From contig SGYO01000002.1 in assembly GCA_004321745.1 (NCBI GenBank), positions 47,959 to 111,958 on the forward strand: DNA of 64,000 nt, given 5' to 3'. Of the stretch, positions 18,746 through 27,550 are shown piece by piece. Each line of letters starts with the position of its first letter. Positions within the stretch are counted from its first letter, which is position 1. A model generated the notes under the pieces. That model was not told where the DNA came from. It did not search any database and was given only the letters and a program-made list of their open reading frames with translations. The DNA is from a bacterium. GTDB taxonomy: Bacteria; Fidelibacterota; Marinisomatia; Marinisomatales; UBA1611. A program made the translations under genes and the position numbers.

Positions 18746-19779
18746 TAATTTATAACAGCAGATTCAAGAAGTCTGAAAACCTGAGTGTCTGTATTTATCT
18801 CAACAAGAATACCTAATGGAAGGGAAATGTTCTTAGCGCCATGACCAGATGGAAAATTATAAATTACAGGAAATTCAGACTTTGAAAAATACTGTTTAAA
18901 AACCTCTTCCATTGTAAAATCAGTTGGTTTATCTGGTACCTCGCTGCTTCTTCTTGAAAACCTTCCGATTACTACCCCTCTAACGCTTTTAAACTTACCT
19001 GCCAATTTAAGTTCTTGAAGATACCTATCCACTCTATACGGGGACTCACCAACATCTTCGATGAATAATATTGAATTATCTGTGGATATTTCATACTTAG
19101 AGCCCATGGCAGAGCAAATTAAAGACAAATTACCACCAACAAGGATACCTGATGATACTCCTTCAACCAATGTTTTTACTTTAAGAGAATCACCATAAAT
19201 ATCAAATGGAATTTCATACTCATCCTCACTGTTCATAAGAAGTGACCAAAAATACAGCTCGGATATAGGCTCTAGACCTTTATCACTACCAAGACCATAC
19301 ATTGGGTTAGGAGTATGAAAAGTGACTAGTTTTGAGAGACCATTAAATGCAACGTGAAGAGCGGTTATATCACTGAAGCCGATAAAAATTTTTGGATTAT
19401 TATTTATAATGTTATATTCAAGAAGTGATAATATTCTAGTAGCGCCGTAACCACCTGTGCCAGGAAAAATTGCTTTTATACTTTTATCTTCAAAGTATCT
19501 CATAAGCTCATTAGCTCGGATGTTATCTTTCCCAGCTAAATATCCCCAGTTTCGGAAAAGAGAATCATCATAGACAATGTGGAATCCTTTTTCTATTAAC
19601 CTTTTTTTAGCTAGGGACATTCTTGAAGAATCTAAAAATCCTGAGGGCGCACAAAATGCTATTGTATCACCCACCTCCAACCTTGCCGGTTTCACTAGTT
19701 CTAATTTTGACTCTAAACTGCAGGAAAAAATCATTATTGCCGATATAAGATAAGATAGAGTGATTTTATAAAGATTCAA
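18745..19779 (-). CDS. LD-carboxypeptidase (peptidase S66), exported paralogue
   Basis: 344 aa with lipobox IFSCS. Motifs are GGYGATR, GFSDITAL (Ser nucleophile) and FPSGHG. Confidence 0.8.
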   Translation of the reverse strand: MNLYKITLSYLISAIMIFSCSLESKLELVKPARLEVGDTIAFCAPSGFLDSSRMSLAKKRLIEKGFHIVYDDSLFRNWGYLAGKDNIRANELMRYFEDKSIKAIFPGTGGYGATRILSLLEYNIINNNPKIFIGFSDITALHVAFNGLSKLVTFHTPNPMYGLGSDKGLEPISELYFWSLLMNSEDEYEIPFDIYGDSLKVKTLVEGVSSGILVGGNLSLICSAMGSKYEISTDNSILFIEDVGESPYRVDRYLQELKLAGKFKSVRGVVIGRFSRRSSEVPDKPTDFTMEEVFKQYFSKSEFPVIYNFPSGHGAKNISLPLGILVEINTDTQVFRLLESAVIN

Positions 19780-19796
19780 GGCCTTGCAGAAATATG

Positions 19797-20618
19797 TTAT
19801 ATTGAAGATATTTTGTAAAACATTACACCGTCAAATTTTGATTCTTTTTTACCACTTAAATAATCTAATAAATCTTCCTGAATTGTTTTTTTACTGGCAG
19901 AGGAAGCATGTATCAATGTTTTTTGATCAATCACAAAACCCTCATGAGCGATTAAAATTCCATTTTTAATGTACGATTTTTTTACAAAGGCAACCCCACA
20001 CACTGGTGGTAATTTTTCAAGCAATTTATCGTTAACAAACTCTGAACGAATGAAATCAAATCTGCCATTCAAATTCCAGTTTATTTTTAAAAACTCACTG
20101 CCATCACTTTTCTCATTTAGTGTCAGCTCGATTTCTTCCAGCTCATTTTTTGATGCTAATTCATTTGTGATATTTACAGTATATGGATTATTTAATATTC
20201 TATCAGATGTATAATGCCACCTTTTTTCATACTCAGGTTGCTTTATATTTTGCTCATTAGGTTTATAATGAATGTCGATCATCTTATTTTTTGTTTCACC
20301 CCAACTTCTGCTTGAATTCATTGCAATACTAGTAAGGACATGTATAGTACAATCGGTTGTATCGATTCTCAATATGGGATCTGAATCTGGCTCTTTTTCC
20401 TCTCCAGATTTAAATATTCCATATGGAGTACCTATTCTCCATATATTGATGGCTTTTAGCCTATCATCAAAGTCAGGAAAATATTTTATAAACTTTGGAA
20501 GTATTTCATCATACTTACTTTTATCTATTGTCCAAGGCTTCGGAAGCGACCTGACCCAATCGTATGGATCCTGAGCGTTACATGAAAAAAATAAGATGAA
20601 AGAAAATAATATTCTCAT
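19797..20618 (-). CDS. DUF1460-type (N-acetylmuramoyl-L-alanine amidase-like) protein
   Basis: 273 aa with a signal peptide. DTTDCTIHVLTSIAM and ILIAHEGFVIDQKTLIHASSASKKTIQEDLLDYL...GVMFYKI match my recollection of DUF1460 signatures. Confidence 0.5.
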   Translation of the reverse strand: MRILFSFILFFSCNAQDPYDWVRSLPKPWTIDKSKYDEILPKFIKYFPDFDDRLKAINIWRIGTPYGIFKSGEEKEPDSDPILRIDTTDCTIHVLTSIAMNSSRSWGETKNKMIDIHYKPNEQNIKQPEYEKRWHYTSDRILNNPYTVNITNELASKNELEEIELTLNEKSDGSEFLKINWNLNGRFDFIRSEFVNDKLLEKLPPVCGVAFVKKSYIKNGILIAHEGFVIDQKTLIHASSASKKTIQEDLLDYLSGKKESKFDGVMFYKISSI

Positions 20619-20621
20619 ATT

Positions 20622-21317
20622 TTATTCAACCACGAATGACAATGAAGTAGAATTATTTTGAATTAATTTTGCTTCAATAATATCACCTTTTTGCAGCTGC
20701 CCCACACCTGAAGGGGTGCCAGTAAAAATAAGATCACCAGCTTTTAAAGGAATTGTTTGGGATAAAATGGATATTAATTCGAAGACATTCCAAATCATTT
20801 TATTACAACCAGTGAATTGCTTTCTTTTTCCATTTACTTCTAAAGAAATTTTTATATCATCAGGATGATAAGAATCCTCTTTTGGAACTATATCAGATAT
20901 CATAGCTGAACCGTAAAAAACCTTAGCTGAAAACCATGGTTCCCCGCTATTTTTGGAAATTTTCTGCAAGTCCCTCTTTGTTATATCAACTCCAACAGCG
21001 TAGCCAAATACTTTATTTTTTGCTTCATGTAAACCTACTTTAAAAGCATCTTTAGATATTGCTACTACTAGTTCGACCTCATATTGAAGATCGCTAGTAT
21101 CCTTTGGATATAAGAGCTCGGAGCCATTTTTTATTAGTATATCTGAAGTTTTTTGAAAAAAAAATGGTTTCTCCCTTTGTGGATCACCTCCCATCTCTAT
21201 GGCATGATCTCTGTAATTTCTGCCAACACAATAAATATTTCTTGATGGAAATTGTAGCGACTCATTTAATACATCGCATTCCACAGGAATAGAGCTTTTT
21301 ATTATCCAATCATTCAT
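20622..21317 (-). CDS. Fumarylacetoacetate hydrolase (FAH) family protein
   Basis: 231 aa with GRNYRDHAIEMG, EVELVVAI, GYAVGVDITKRDLQ and GDLIFTGTPSGVG motifs. Confidence 0.8.
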   Translation of the reverse strand: MNDWIIKSSIPVECDVLNESLQFPSRNIYCVGRNYRDHAIEMGGDPQREKPFFFQKTSDILIKNGSELLYPKDTSDLQYEVELVVAISKDAFKVGLHEAKNKVFGYAVGVDITKRDLQKISKNSGEPWFSAKVFYGSAMISDIVPKEDSYHPDDIKISLEVNGKRKQFTGCNKMIWNVFELISILSQTIPLKAGDLIFTGTPSGVGQLQKGDIIEAKLIQNNSTSLSFVVE

Positions 21318-22118
21318 TTAAACACAAAATAATATAAACCGCATAATATCATCAAAATCCTTACTTTCGTAGATAATAGATTTTGCATTCAGCATAATTG
21401 CACTTGGGTACTGTGACGCCTTGTAGGCATCAACGTGCTTCATGTAACGGATTTTTAGTTTAAATTTATTAGGATGTGCCCACGTACATAATTTCATATC
21501 CAATTTCAAAGCTTTTTCAACTTTCTTCTTAATCTGCATAATGGAAAGTTCAGGCTGCATGCTTATTGTAGAATCTCCCACCCCATGCATTGTACAATGT
21601 GTTATTGTTAAGGGGTTAATCTTTCTTATCTCTTTGCATATGCCAAAATCGCCCGAAACAAAAACTAACGGAACGTGATATTTTGAGGCAATGGTACCAT
21701 GCAATAATAGTTCTGAAGCGGGCCTATCATTCAGGATGATCCGTTCAATTTTTGAACTAGACATTGTATGGGCTAATGGATTACCACCGCTTCCTGCTTT
21801 TGAATGATAACCAACCATTAACAATGCATCAAACTTATTATTTAATTCTTGCACCATTGATGAAGGATGCCCACTCCATCCCCTTATGATCTTAACATTT
21901 TTTGGTAAAAATGATGGGATTATATTTCTTGCAGAGTAGTGCGCATCTTTAACAAATATCTCTTTTGCACCAGCTAAATTTGCGCCCTCACATGCAGCTG
22001 CGACCTCTTTAGACATTTGCTCTTGAAAATATGAGTATGGAGGTTTGTTGTGATCTACTTCGTCCCAATGAGCTACACCAGTTATGCCTTCCATATCGGC
22101 ACTAATATAAACTTTCAT
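21318..22118 (-). CDS. dppA: D-aminopeptidase DppA family (peptidase M55)
   Basis: 266 aa. The N-terminus MKVYISADMEGITGV is diagnostic for M55. It abuts the FAH gene with no gap. Confidence 0.8.
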   Translation of the reverse strand: MKVYISADMEGITGVAHWDEVDHNKPPYSYFQEQMSKEVAAACEGANLAGAKEIFVKDAHYSARNIIPSFLPKNVKIIRGWSGHPSSMVQELNNKFDALLMVGYHSKAGSGGNPLAHTMSSSKIERIILNDRPASELLLHGTIASKYHVPLVFVSGDFGICKEIRKINPLTITHCTMHGVGDSTISMQPELSIMQIKKKVEKALKLDMKLCTWAHPNKFKLKIRYMKHVDAYKASQYPSAIMLNAKSIIYESKDFDDIMRFILFCV

Positions 22119-22220
22119 TTAAACCCTTTAGAATTACTATCTAAAGGTAAGGCTTACAGAAAAAAAGTAAAAGATTCTAAAACTATAAAGATTTCTATTC
22201 TTTTAATAAACGTTTAAACC

Positions 22221-22808
22221 TTAAATGAAATCATCAGCTAGTGAATTTTTCATATTGTCATCAAGTACAATGCTGTGACTGTATTCACCATAGTGTATAT
22301 TTATTGATATTGAACTTGAATCATTAACAAAATTATTTTTTTGCTCTTCAGTAAATGGAAATCTAATGTAATGAACAGAACTTATATTATCTTCCTTCTC
22401 TCTTCCTTCTTCAAATTCTGCTGCTACCTTCTCTCCATCAATTTCAAAAAATACATTTACGCCTTCAGTTAGACCAATAAAACTGTCTAGCACCGGCCTT
22501 ATTTTTTCAGGATCTGTGATTTCAATAAATAACGTAGCGCTAAGTTCATCACCACTAGGTATTAACGGATTATAAACGTTTAGCTCCTCTTCAATCTGGC
22601 TATCATGAACCATTCTTTCAGCTCTCATCATTTCCTGTATCTGAAATTTCATCGTTTTACTATTCTCAAATGTTATCAGGATATTTGGACCAAGTTTAAA
22701 TCGTCTATTTTTTTTGTAATCAATTAATTCTGACCTGTAAGTATCTCTCTGCTTTTCATAATCAATTATGTTCAGTAAATCAGATTTTTGTATTAATGTA
22801 TTCATCAT
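22221..22808 (-). CDS. DUF3501 family protein
   Basis: 195 aa. FQIQEMMRAERM, YNPLIPSGDELSATLFIE and SSVHYIRFPF match the DUF3501 pattern. It has a 1-nt overlap with the Fe-S gene. Confidence 0.7.
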   Translation of the reverse strand: MMNTLIQKSDLLNIIDYEKQRDTYRSELIDYKKNRRFKLGPNILITFENSKTMKFQIQEMMRAERMVHDSQIEEELNVYNPLIPSGDELSATLFIEITDPEKIRPVLDSFIGLTEGVNVFFEIDGEKVAAEFEEGREKEDNISSVHYIRFPFTEEQKNNFVNDSSSISINIHYGEYSHSIVLDDNMKNSLADDFI

Positions 22809-24244
22809 TATTTCCTTTCACTATCATTAAAGCCATAAGCTTTATGTAACTCAATTATTGGATGGCTTGGTTTAATTTTTTCTTCACTAGCCTGTTTTAT
22901 CTGATGACTGGCTAGAGAGCAATCTGAGCAAGCTACATCAGATTCTTTAGCGCTAATATCATTTACGCATCTATCAGCTACTTTCATTGACTCTTCAAAA
23001 AACTCAGATTTCATTCCCCATCCACCATCCATTCCACTGCACTGATTAATCAGATTTACTTTCGTATCAGGAACCATTCTTAAAACATCCCTGCTTTTGT
23101 AGCCGATTCGCTGCGCTTTTAAATGACAACTCACATGATAATTAACAGTTCCAATGCTGTTTTTGAAATCTGTTTTGATTTTATCCTCTTTTTTCAGCAT
23201 TGCTAAATATTCAGAAATATCATATGTGCTTTCTGATATCTTCTGTACTTTATCACTCATTTCTAAGTAATCGGGATACTCGGATTTTAAAGTTAAACTG
23301 CATGTAGGCGGACCTGTTACTATAATCTTGTACCCCTTAGAAACCCATTTATATAGTTCATCAACATTAGGATCAGCCTGTTTTTTGAAACTATCAAAGT
23401 CTCCAGGGCTTAAATGCGGCGCGCCACAACATTGCTGTTTGGGGTAAACACATTCCACATTATTGTGTTCTAGGATTTCCACAGCACTTATGCCTAGGTC
23501 TACATCATTTGAATTAGTATAACAAGTGCCGAAAATAACTACTTTATCAATTGGATCTTCAACTGCAGACTTATGATTTTTAAACCATTTCTCAAAAGTC
23601 AAAGTGGCCAGCTCTGGAAGCTTTCTATCTTTATGGATCCCGATTATCTTATCGATAAACCATCTGACAATACTGATACGATTAACGAAATTAATTAACG
23701 GTCCAAAATATGAACCCAATGTACCTAGTAAATCAGTCTTTGAAAGAAAAACGTCATTCAGTTTTAAGCCCCTATCTTTTGTCCTGATTGCCTGAGCACG
23801 GGTCATCAGCTTAGGAAAATCAAGCTCAAACTCATGCTCTTTACCAGGGGTGTAAGGACAGATAGGGTCACACAATTTACATTGATAGCATAAATCTACA
23901 ACTTCCCATTTCTGCTCAGTAGAAAGCTCGGTCACTTCACCACGAAAATCAACCTCAATACTAGCCTCACTGGCGTGCTCACCCTCAGGAAGGTCTAAAT
24001 ATGCACGGTCTGAGTCTTCTTTTTCTACAATCCCTTTGGTTTCAGCTTCTCTTCGTTTTTCATCGCCAATGCCATCAATGGAATTGAATAATGATGGAAA
24101 TGAAGGACATAAGTTGAAACAAAGCCTACAACCTATACAAATATCGTAAACCCTGTTGAGCTCATTATCTAAAGAGGACTTATCCCAGTAGCTAGGATTA
24201 GTAATGTCGTATATAGCATTTTTTGTGTCAGAATGATTAAGCAT
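22808..24244 (-). CDS. (Fe-S)-binding CCG-domain oxidoreductase (HdrD/GlpC-like)
   Basis: 478 aa with two ferredoxin-type motifs (CIGCRLCFNLCP, CYQCKLCDPICP). Cys-rich CCG-type segments follow (QCCGAP, CSGMDGGWG). Confidence 0.75.
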   Translation of the reverse strand: MLNHSDTKNAIYDITNPSYWDKSSLDNELNRVYDICIGCRLCFNLCPSFPSLFNSIDGIGDEKRREAETKGIVEKEDSDRAYLDLPEGEHASEASIEVDFRGEVTELSTEQKWEVVDLCYQCKLCDPICPYTPGKEHEFELDFPKLMTRAQAIRTKDRGLKLNDVFLSKTDLLGTLGSYFGPLINFVNRISIVRWFIDKIIGIHKDRKLPELATLTFEKWFKNHKSAVEDPIDKVVIFGTCYTNSNDVDLGISAVEILEHNNVECVYPKQQCCGAPHLSPGDFDSFKKQADPNVDELYKWVSKGYKIIVTGPPTCSLTLKSEYPDYLEMSDKVQKISESTYDISEYLAMLKKEDKIKTDFKNSIGTVNYHVSCHLKAQRIGYKSRDVLRMVPDTKVNLINQCSGMDGGWGMKSEFFEESMKVADRCVNDISAKESDVACSDCSLASHQIKQASEEKIKPSHPIIELHKAYGFNDSERK

Positions 24245-24253
24245 AATTTACTC

Positions 24254-24293
24254 CAAAAAAATAGCATCAATGGACTATATGCCCATTGATGCT
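24254..24293 (-). terminator. Intrinsic terminator/attenuator between rubrerythrin and the Fe-S gene
   Basis: The minus strand reads AGCATCAATGG-GCATATAGT-CCATTGATGCT, an 11-bp perfect stem. It is followed by ATTTTTTT and then GGAGTAAATT-ATG of the next gene. Confidence 0.6.
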
Positions 24294-24305
24294 AAGATAT
24301 AAGTT

Positions 24306-24725
24306 CTATAAAGAATCTAAGGTCTCTTGAAATTTCCCAGCATGAGATTTTTCAGCTCTTGCTAGAGTTTCAAACCATTCAGCAATATCATCAAACCCCT
24401 CTTCTCTGGCTGTAGCAGCAAAACCTGGATACATTTCGGTATACTCATATGTTTCACCTGCTACTGCAGCTTTAAGGTTATCTTCTGTTTCACCGAACTG
24501 AAGACCTGATGCAGGATCTCCTGCACCACCTTTTTCAAGGTATTCAAGGTGTCCAAAAGCATGGCCAGTTTCACCATCCGCAGTATTTTTAAAGACTCCT
24601 GCTGCCTCAGGGTAACCTTCAATGTCTGCTGCTCTTGCAAAATATAGGTACCTTCTATTCGCTTGAGATTCTCCAGCAAAAGCTGCCTTTAAATTCTCAT
24701 GGGTTTTGGTTCCATCTAAACTCAT
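24306..24725 (-). CDS. Rubrerythrin-family diiron protein (no rubredoxin domain)
   Basis: It has ExxH pairs (ETGHA, EKSHA) and the [12 protein letters not shown] motif. I prefer ATG 24725, preceded by AAAAAGGAGATAGAA (SD), over track start 24764. Confidence 0.85.
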   Translation of the reverse strand: MSLDGTKTHENLKAAFAGESQANRRYLYFARAADIEGYPEAAGVFKNTADGETGHAFGHLEYLEKGGAGDPASGLQFGETEDNLKAAVAGETYEYTEMYPGFAATAREEGFDDIAEWFETLARAEKSHAGKFQETLDSL

Positions 24726-24738
24726 TTCTATCTCCTTT

Positions 24739-25104
24739 TTATTTATGTTTATTACATTTTCCAATTATGAAAAATTTTGTTTTTTCTGGTTTGAAATTGT
24801 ATTTGCTAACTATATCCTTTTCATCAAAATTTGATTTTAAATTCGTATCAATTAAAACTCCACAATCACTGCATTTAAGGTGATGGTGTTCTTCTGTGTT
24901 TCCGTCATATCTAATCAAATTTTCATCGTATATTATTTGGATCGATCCAATTTCTTCCAATGTCTTCAAATTCCTGTATACAGTACCTAAGCTTATGTTA
25001 TCAATCTTCTTTTTTGCTTCTGAATAAACCCAATCTGCTGTTGGATGGGATTTGGTTGAGCAAATGATTTCTCTTATAACTTCTCTTTGGTAACTATACC
25101 TCAC
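24739..25104 (-). CDS. Fur-family transcriptional regulator, likely PerR-type
   Basis: 121 aa with a GTG start. It has a winged-helix region (GTVYRNLKTLEEIG), HHHLKCSDCG, and a C-terminal GKCNKHK in which the second CxxC is degenerate. It is flanked by rubrerythrin and a divergent peroxiredoxin. Confidence 0.7.
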   Translation of the reverse strand: MRYSYQREVIREIICSTKSHPTADWVYSEAKKKIDNISLGTVYRNLKTLEEIGSIQIIYDENLIRYDGNTEEHHHLKCSDCGVLIDTNLKSNFDEKDIVSKYNFKPEKTKFFIIGKCNKHK

Positions 25105-25121
25105 AACGAAAATTAAATAGG

Positions 25122-25134
25122 AATAGTTACTATT
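25122..25134. promoter_or_regulatory. Candidate Fur/PerR operator (6-1-6 perfect palindrome)
   Basis: AATAGTTACTATT lies in the 117-bp divergent region. It overlaps a TTTACA -35-like hexamer, and TATAAT follows 15 nt later upstream of the peroxiredoxin gene. Confidence 0.45.
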
Positions 25135-25221
25135 TACAAAAACAATTTTCCTTTATAATTATTTTTTTAAAATGAAAACAGTAAATTGAGAAGAGAATTT
25201 TAATACAATAAAGGAATAATT

Positions 25222-25686
25222 ATGATTGAACTAAATGATAAAGCACCTGAATTCACCCTTAAAAATACAAAAAAAGAAGACGTTTCATTATCTGACTTCA
25301 GTGATAGGTCAGTAGTAATAGCATTTTATCCGGGAGCTTTTACTGGAGTATGCGATACTGAAATGTGTACTTTGCAAGACAACCTAAAGTCTTTCAATGA
25401 TCTTGATGCCACGGTTTTAGGAATTAGCGTTGATTCACCATGGGCAAACGCAGGATTTTCTGGTAAATATGATCTTGAATTTGATTTACTGTCTGATATA
25501 GATAGATCTGTAATCAAATCTTATGATGTTTTATTTGAGGGCCTTGGTGGAATTGAAGGATACACATGCGCAAATAGAGCAGTTTTCATTGTAAAAAATG
25601 GCGATGTAAAGTATAAATGGGTTGCCCCAAGTCCGGGAGAAGAGCCTGATTATGATGAAATTCAAGAAAAATTAAAAGAAATTTAG
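25222..25686 (+). CDS. Peroxiredoxin (AhpC/TSA family, AhpE/Bcp-like)
   Basis: 154 aa with the peroxidatic Cys motif FYPGAFTGVCDTEMC. An AGGA SD lies 7 nt upstream. Confidence 0.8.
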   Translation: MIELNDKAPEFTLKNTKKEDVSLSDFSDRSVVIAFYPGAFTGVCDTEMCTLQDNLKSFNDLDATVLGISVDSPWANAGFSGKYDLEFDLLSDIDRSVIKSYDVLFEGLGGIEGYTCANRAVFIVKNGDVKYKWVAPSPGEEPDYDEIQEKLKEI

Positions 25687-25746
25687 AATTTCACTCAATT
25701 ATAATCTGATTATTAGTAGGCTGTGATGTCTACTAATCTTTAATTA

Positions 25747-25780
25747 AAGAGGCTCTAAAATGAGCCTCTTTTATTTTTTT
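25747..25780 (+). terminator. Intrinsic terminator, probably bidirectional
   Basis: AAGAGGCTC-TAAAAT-GAGCCTCTT is followed by TTATTTTTTT. It sits between the convergent peroxiredoxin and EamA genes. A second hairpin, ATTAGTAG-N10-CTACTAAT, lies at 25712-25737. Confidence 0.7.
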
Positions 25781-26589
25781 AATAATCCTCTGAAAACGAC
25801 TGAGCCTAGTACTAAAGCCCCACCTAAAAAAGCCCAAGGACCTAAGGCTTCTCCTAAAATAAAAAAAACAAGTATTGGATTTAATATTGGCTCTATAACT
25901 GGAAAAATTATTGCATCTAAAGCTGTTACATGCTTTATCGCTGTTGTATAAAAAATATAAGGTACGCCTAACTGTACGATTCCAAGAACTAAAATCAAAA
26001 TAGTTGAATGCAGGTTAAACGATGTTTCACTAACTATTATGGGCAAGCCAATTATTAAAGTTAGAATGTTTCCGAGTAAAATTGAGTCGGAGGGGTTATT
26101 GTCTTTTTGTTTACGTAATGAAATGGTCAATGCCGCAAAAGACATTCCGGATAATATTGCAAGAGCGTTTCCTAAAAACCCATCAAAACTTAAATCGTCT
26201 AGAAAAAATAATGCTAGACCTCCTAGCATAATGAATATTGTTACCCAGTCAATTAGGTTAGACTTTTCGCCTAAGAACATATAGCCAAATAGAGCTACGT
26301 AAACTGGAGCAGTATACTGAAGAAGTATAGCGTTTCCAGCTGTTGTTAATTTATTCGATATAACAAATAATGTAACGACCAAAGTGTAGAAGCAAGCAGC
26401 AAGAATTTTATCAAAGGTAATAATTATCTTTTTATCTTTTGAAAATGTATAAATGACAATGGCTGCAATACCTCCTCGCATTCCTGATATTGCCAACGGG
26501 TGCCAAGGAATACTTTTTATAAGTAGCCCTCCTAAAGACCACATCGAGCCGGCAACCAATAATAGAACTATAGCATTTTTTCTTTCCAA
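25771..26589 (-). CDS. EamA/DMT-family transporter
   Basis: 272 aa with about 10 TM segments and two EamA-like halves. Confidence 0.7.
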   Translation of the reverse strand: MERKNAIVLLLVAGSMWSLGGLLIKSIPWHPLAISGMRGGIAAIVIYTFSKDKKIIITFDKILAACFYTLVVTLFVISNKLTTAGNAILLQYTAPVYVALFGYMFLGEKSNLIDWVTIFIMLGGLALFFLDDLSFDGFLGNALAILSGMSFAALTISLRKQKDNNPSDSILLGNILTLIIGLPIIVSETSFNLHSTILILVLGIVQLGVPYIFYTTAIKHVTALDAIIFPVIEPILNPILVFFILGEALGPWAFLGGALVLGSVVFRGLLKK

Positions 26590-26611
26590 AATTTTATTGT
26601 GTACTGATAGT

Positions 26612-26639
26612 AAAAAGCCCCAGTTCCCTGGGGCTTTTT
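26612..26639 (-). terminator. Intrinsic terminator after the 26668..27465 gene
   Basis: AAAAAGCCCCAG-TTCC-CTGGGGCTTTTT is a 12-bp stem including flanking A/T runs, symmetric on both strands. Confidence 0.7.
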
Positions 26640-26667
26640 ACTATTGAAGTCTAATATTAGTTAAGCT

Positions 26668-27465
26668 CTAGAAACCCTTGATTGTAGCAGATTTCTTGTA
26701 AAGCTGAAATACAATGTGCCATCCAATAATAACTATTAGCATAGGCAATACCCATGAAAATTCAGCAGGTATGCCAAGTGCAGTGGGAGCTGTTACATGA
26801 TGCTGATTATGCATAGTCCAAACTAAAGGTACAGACATATAAGTATTGTGCTTTGATCTTAATCCAGCTAATGCCAACAAGTTTGCATCAGGAGCATCAC
26901 CGTTTTTTATGGCGTTTATAATTTTTTGCTGAGCAGGCCATATTCTGAACCAAACATTAAATGCCATAATTGTTCCGAACATGGCACCTAAATGAATGTT
27001 AACTGCCCTGTATTCGAAACCACCCAATGTTTGCATTGCATAAACGTAAGCAGTAATAAGTAGAAAACTCACAATTGTAACTGCTCTAACATTTGATGCT
27101 AATGGGCTTTTATATAGAGCGTCGTAGGCAAATACAGCTACAAACGTAAATAGTAAAAGAAAATGTATAAACATATTTGCAGACTCACCAGTCACATCAT
27201 TCGAAGTAAAATCTGCTGGCATCATACCTCCAGCCCAATATATAACGTAAAGTAGCACTATACCAGTACCCCAAGTCCAGGCCGCACCCATTCTAAAAAA
27301 ATATAACGTCCTAGGCATTAGTTCTGGGACAACCTTTTTCTTTGTATCTGCATCCATTGTTGGAGCAAAAGCGGTATTCACAAAATTAAAAAAATACAGT
27401 AAGCCGATCCACATTATCCCAGCTACTACATGTAACCATTTAAAAATTGGATGAATTAGTTCCAT
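26668..27465 (-). CDS. Integral membrane protein, Urate_ox_N/DUF989-like (tentative)
   Basis: 265 aa. The N-terminus FKWLHVVAGIMWIGLLYFFNFVN resembles the membrane domain of PuuD-type proteins, but there is no cytochrome c domain. A strong SD (AGAGGAGAAAC-ATG) is present. Confidence 0.35.
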   Translation of the reverse strand: MELIHPIFKWLHVVAGIMWIGLLYFFNFVNTAFAPTMDADTKKKVVPELMPRTLYFFRMGAAWTWGTGIVLLYVIYWAGGMMPADFTSNDVTGESANMFIHFLLLFTFVAVFAYDALYKSPLASNVRAVTIVSFLLITAYVYAMQTLGGFEYRAVNIHLGAMFGTIMAFNVWFRIWPAQQKIINAIKNGDAPDANLLALAGLRSKHNTYMSVPLVWTMHNQHHVTAPTALGIPAEFSWVLPMLIVIIGWHIVFQLYKKSATIKGF

Positions 27466-27550
27466 GTTTCTCCTCTTTTCATTTTTAAGTCAATTTATTT
27501 GTTAAATAATGTAATATTAAAATATAAAATCAATTTATATACGTACAAAG

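Noticed and set aside
22125-22147. The hairpin CCTTTAG-N9-CTAAAGG just upstream of the dppA start. It could sequester the AAGGG SD-like sequence.
   Set aside because: It has only a 7-bp AT-rich stem, no T-tract and no conservation information. It is too weak to call a regulatory element.
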